A stretch of DNA of 64,000 bases from Candidatus Magasanikiibacteriota bacterium (GTDB taxonomy: Bacteria; Patescibacteriota; Patescibacteriia; Magasanikbacterales; GWA2-37-8). The position numbers and the translations under genes are program-made. This document shows positions 60,358 through 64,000 of the stretch, in pieces; position 1 is the first letter of the stretch, and the number at the start of each line of letters is the position of its first letter. The notes below the pieces were generated by a model, which saw nothing but the letters and a program-made list of their open reading frames with translations, was not told the origin of the DNA and did not search any database. The stretch lies in NCBI GenBank assembly GCA_041665405.1, contig JBAYIZ010000003.1, positions 2,589 through 66,588 on the forward strand. Direction: 5' to 3'.

Positions 60358-61776
60358 ATGAACTCCAAAAATACAATTATTAAATTTATTATCTTGTATT
60401 TTGCAGTTCGCTTGTTTTCCTTTTTTTTTAGTCCGATTACTCCTTTGCTTCCCCAAAGTCCCATCAACACTATTATTTCTGTGTTAATTTTTGCATTAGC
60501 TATTTATTGGTTATTAAAAAAAGACGAACGAGGCTGGTACATTATTGCTGGTGAAATAATATTAGGCGGATCTGGCGGATATCTAAGATTGGATTTTGTT
60601 TCTTTGCGCACCGTACTATTAATGACTTCTGTCACAATATTTTTCATTCAAAAAATAGTTACCGAAAAAATTACTTTCTTTAAACAATATCAAGCGGAAT
60701 TCATCATAATATTAGTTTTGATTAGTGCGGTTGGATTGGCGGCAATCCGTGGTTTATATATGGGTCATAGTCACTCGGCCATATATTCTGACTTTATACC
60801 ATATTTATTCTTATTGTATTATTTTCCTCTTCGTGAAATGTGGCTGTCAGACCGTTTTCGTGAATTAGGAAAAAGCGCAATTTTAGCCGCAATTTTTGGC
60901 AATGTATTAATGATTTTGTTTACTCAGATTGGTTTATCCTCTGGATTAATTGTCTTGCAGGACAGTTATTATCATTGGTATCGCGATGTGGCACTGGGAA
61001 AAATTACTGACTTAGGCTTCAACTTCTATCGCCTCGTTTTAAATGAACACCTCTTATTAATACCGATAGCGATATACTTTATCGGTGACATAATAAAAAA
61101 CAAAATTACACAAATCAATTTATCTGTTGTTGCTTGCTTATTGTTCATTTTGGCAAACAACCTAACACGTGCCTACATATTGGCCCTGGCGATAGGCACG
61201 TTGTTTCTATATTCAAAAAATAAATGGAAAAGATGGTTGGCGATTTCATGCACTATAGGTGTATTATTTATTTTAATTTTTGTTTCTACCCACATTTTGG
61301 CCAGTCGCGGAAAAAGTTTAGGTCTAGAAATATTTGGCTTGCGATTACAAAGTATCGTTAGCCCACAAATTGAGAACAGCTCCTTAAGCCGATTGTTATT
61401 GTTACCAAAAATATTTGAAAAAATAAAACTCCATCCAATTCTAGGCACTGGTCTAGGTGATACAGTCACAGTTTTTAGTCCGGTTTTTAAAACATATATT
61501 ACCACCACTCATTTTGACTGGGGGTATTATGAAATAAACGCTGAAATGGGATTATTTGGTACGCTTAGCTGGATTGGTCTGGTATTATTTACGCTATATT
61601 ATATTACTAAGACCAAAGAAGGATATAACAAAAATATTTTTAAAGCAATAATTGTCGCTATTCTCATTATCAACATTACTAGCCCGGCACTATTTCATGT
61701 ATTTGGAATTTTGTTGATAATTTTTATTTTATCTCCGATCGGAATTATCAATCATCATGAAATAGAAAAAAAATAG
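60358..61776 (+). CDS. polytopic membrane protein, O-antigen ligase/Wzy polymerase-like
   Basis: 472 aa with ~10-12 TM helices and a large periplasmic loop. Next to glycosyltransferase genes. Confidence 0.4.
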   Translation: MNSKNTIIKFIILYFAVRLFSFFFSPITPLLPQSPINTIISVLIFALAIYWLLKKDERGWYIIAGEIILGGSGGYLRLDFVSLRTVLLMTSVTIFFIQKIVTEKITFFKQYQAEFIIILVLISAVGLAAIRGLYMGHSHSAIYSDFIPYLFLLYYFPLREMWLSDRFRELGKSAILAAIFGNVLMILFTQIGLSSGLIVLQDSYYHWYRDVALGKITDLGFNFYRLVLNEHLLLIPIAIYFIGDIIKNKITQINLSVVACLLFILANNLTRAYILALAIGTLFLYSKNKWKRWLAISCTIGVLFILIFVSTHILASRGKSLGLEIFGLRLQSIVSPQIENSSLSRLLLLPKIFEKIKLHPILGTGLGDTVTVFSPVFKTYITTTHFDWGYYEINAEMGLFGTLSWIGLVLFTLYYITKTKEGYNKNIFKAIIVAILIINITSPALFHVFGILLIIFILSPIGIINHHEIEKK

Positions 61777-61781
61777 AGACT

Positions 61782-61812
61782 TTTTAATTTATAAAACACG
61801 GTATTATATAAT
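61782..61812. terminator. perfect palindromic bidirectional terminator between convergent genes
   Basis: AAAACACGGTATTATATAATACCGTGTTTT is a perfect inverted repeat, flanked by A/T runs on both sides. Confidence 0.7.
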
Positions 61813-62523
61813 ACCGTGTTTTATAAATATTATTTGTTTGGATTTTTCGTAATCTTCTACTTTCTTTATTTTCCAGGGCAAACGGTAAAACCAGCTCGGT
61901 ATCCAACTGCTTATCCCCTTTCTTCCTCGTACAATCTTTTTGTATAAAACCTGTGGGACAAACACACCGGTTTTATTTTGTTTTAACATTGTCAACCACA
62001 AATCCCAATCTTGAAAACGTTTTAACGACTCGTCGAATGGTACAAAATCTCTGGCACGGATCAAAGAAGTAACGTCAATATAATTTAATTTTTTTAAGAG
62101 AGCTGAATCGAAAATATGACTCTTCATTTTTTTCCATCCGAATCTGAACTGACTATAAGCATAACTCGCCTGCTGGTTATCATCTAGCGCCTTTTTCATC
62201 GTTTCTATCATCCCTGAATAACAGACTGTATCAGCATCTACAAATATAACGTATTCTCCATGTGCTTCCCTGAAACCTCGATTACGCGCAGTGGGTGCAC
62301 CGGAATTTATCTGATCAATCACCAATGGATTTAAAGCTTTAATATCAGGATATTTTTGCAAAATATATTCTAATGATGCTTGAAAATTATCCGTACTACC
62401 ATCATTAACTATAATCAACTCAAGGGGGAAAATTTTATCCTGTATAGATATCGTTTTCAAACATACTTCAAGTGTATGAGCATGATTGTAAACTGGGATT
62501 ATTATACTAACTAAATTTTTCAT
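61804..62523 (-). CDS. family 2 glycosyltransferase
   Basis: IIIPVYN...DGSTDN... and DXD-like VDADT motifs. Confidence 0.8.
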   Translation of the reverse strand: MKNLVSIIIPVYNHAHTLEVCLKTISIQDKIFPLELIIVNDGSTDNFQASLEYILQKYPDIKALNPLVIDQINSGAPTARNRGFREAHGEYVIFVDADTVCYSGMIETMKKALDDNQQASYAYSQFRFGWKKMKSHIFDSALLKKLNYIDVTSLIRARDFVPFDESLKRFQDWDLWLTMLKQNKTGVFVPQVLYKKIVRGRKGISSWIPSWFYRLPWKIKKVEDYEKSKQIIFIKHGII

Positions 62524-63638
62524 AATAATTTTGACACCTCATTTTCCCAACGAAAATAATTCACTACACGTTCTTTGGCTGTTAGCCCCATTTTTTTTGC
62601 AAACAGTTGGTCACTCAAAATTTTTACAACGGCTGGAATAACACTCTGATCTTGATACACATCAACCACTATCCCTGTCTGACCGTCTAATACCGCTTCC
62701 TCGACCCCACCCGCTCTTCCAGCGACAACTGGCAAACCGCAGGCAGCAGCTTCCAAAAATACTGTCCCCCACCCTTCCTCATGATTTTCATCTTTATGAG
62801 TCAACAATACAAACAAATCTGCAAGATGATAATATTTATATAATTCTACTGGATCCACATTACCTAAAAACCGTACCACATTCTGTAATGAACTTTTTTG
62901 AACCATCTGAAATAACTCTTTATTTTTTGGTCCATCACCAATTACCAACCAAACTAGATTTGGTACTTTTTTTAATATTTCTGGCAACATCCGCACCATG
63001 TGAGGAAAACCTTTTCCTTCTACCATTCGCGCAACCGTAATAATAACTTTTTTTCCTCCTAGAGCCAAACGAGATCTTAATAATGAAATTTCTAATTCAT
63101 TTATCGGGGTGTTAAAAAATATATCACCTGGACAAGGATAAACCACTTGCACAATTTTTAGATTTTCAGCTACAGTTAATAATTTGTTTTTTAAAAACTC
63201 ACTATTTACTACAATACTCTTGGCTTCCTTGCACAGTTTAATAAATTTTTTACGCTTACTTTTATTAGCCAAAGCGACCGCAATATCTGTGCCATGTAGA
63301 AACAAAGTGTATGGAATTTTTTTAAACTTCTTTATAAGAAATGCCACATATCCAACTGGCAAAACATGATTGACATAGATCATTTCTATTTTTTCCTGAT
63401 TCACTAAGGTAACAACTTGAAAAAATAAACGCAACCATTTCGGCCAAATAAAACCCCAATATGGATTCAAACGATAAGTTTTCCATGAGTTTTTAACATC
63501 GAATTCCGCCTGTTTTTTGTATTTTGGCGCATAAACTACAATATCCTGTGGGGGCAAATGAGCGGCCAGATTATAAGTGTAGGTGGCGATACCCCCTATT
63601 TGCGGTGGATATTCTAATGTAATAATTAATGTTTTCAT
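62520..63638 (-). CDS. family 1 (GT4) glycosyltransferase
   Basis: C-terminal ...EGWGTVFLEAAACGLPVVAG... (E-x7-E motif region) of GT-B retaining glycosyltransferases. Confidence 0.85.
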   Translation of the reverse strand: MKTLIITLEYPPQIGGIATYTYNLAAHLPPQDIVVYAPKYKKQAEFDVKNSWKTYRLNPYWGFIWPKWLRLFFQVVTLVNQEKIEMIYVNHVLPVGYVAFLIKKFKKIPYTLFLHGTDIAVALANKSKRKKFIKLCKEAKSIVVNSEFLKNKLLTVAENLKIVQVVYPCPGDIFFNTPINELEISLLRSRLALGGKKVIITVARMVEGKGFPHMVRMLPEILKKVPNLVWLVIGDGPKNKELFQMVQKSSLQNVVRFLGNVDPVELYKYYHLADLFVLLTHKDENHEEGWGTVFLEAAACGLPVVAGRAGGVEEAVLDGQTGIVVDVYQDQSVIPAVVKILSDQLFAKKMGLTAKERVVNYFRWENEVSKLL

Positions 63639-64000
63639 ACTACTTTTCTAGAATCAATAATTTTATTATAAAATTTCAAAAGCATAATTTTATCAATACC
63701 ACCAAAGATAAACAAAAGTAACCCATACAACACAGCACAAATTGGAATAATAATTAAAAAACTAATTTTGGTCGACAAATAAAATGCCAAACTAGCCATC
63801 AGAATTGCCGGCCAAAAAGTTTGATTAAAATATTTAAACAAAACTCTCAAATCTATAGAAACCAGATGACGACAAAACCAAAAACCACCCACGCTCAAAA
63901 TAATATTGCTCAACAAGGCTGCAAAAGCCGCTCCCATGATACCAATCCTTGGCAACAAAATCAGGTTCATGATGATATTTATAAACAACGCAAAGCCCAG
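63635..64000 (-). CDS. polysaccharide biosynthesis membrane protein (Wzx/MATE-like flippase), C-terminal portion; gene continues past the window end
   Basis: Multi-TM hydrophobic C-terminus. The ORF is open at the window boundary. Context is an envelope polysaccharide cluster. Confidence 0.4.
   Translation of the reverse strand: MGFALFINIIMNLILLPRIGIMGAAFAALLSNIILSVGGFWFCRHLVSIDLRVLFKYFNQTFWPAILMASLAFYLSTKISFLIIIPICAVLYGLLLFIFGGIDKIMLLKFYNKIIDSRKVV

Overview
This window is AT-rich (roughly 30-40% GC by eye) and gene-dense, and looks like a small-genome bacterium, possibly Patescibacteria/CPR-like. A nearly co-directional plus-strand block runs from 1 to ~42.8 kb. It opens with the F1Fo ATP synthase operon (atpF partial, atpH, atpA, atpG, atpD, atpC), in which two small membrane ORFs sit between atpG and atpD. 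From ~5.7 kb to ~28.3 kb lies an accessory/defence-rich island, described next. It is followed by core genes: mreBCD-PBP2, greA, lysS, serS, typA, alr, an ftsQ-like gene and a xer recombinase. Next come a minus-strand block (ddl, an M23 peptidase, gltX, tagA, an ABC exporter, an AttH-like gene), then clpB preceded by a CIRCE element, a DacA-like gene, priA-def-fmt, and cell-envelope glycosyltransferases. The island contains a RadC gene and a tightly packed 7-gene type I R-M operon (hsdM - Shedu-like PD-(D/E)xK nuclease - unknown 288-aa protein - hsdS - ParA-like ATPase - hsdR - RecB-like nuclease). After that come msrB, a DenV-like pyrimidine-dimer glycosylase, an HTH-Panacea(DUF4065)/RhuM pair, a DUF2779 Cas4-like nuclease, an NYN RNase, TspO, an SGNH hydrolase, and a ~60%-GC WxcM/FdtA-like cupin gene bounded by a long inverted repeat. 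The island ends with a DUF3800 gene, a 46-aa Cys-rich peptide and a UvrD-helicase/nuclease fusion. A terminator-hairpin plus extended -10 promoter module recurs four times in the island. Perfect TTATCCACA (DnaA-box) 9-mers occur five times, all intergenic. No rRNA, tRNA, CRISPR array or integrase-bounded prophage was recognised. The best candidates for an undescribed system are the genes embedded in the hsd operon and the Panacea/RhuM and DUF2779/NYN pairs. All family assignments come from motif reading, not database searches.
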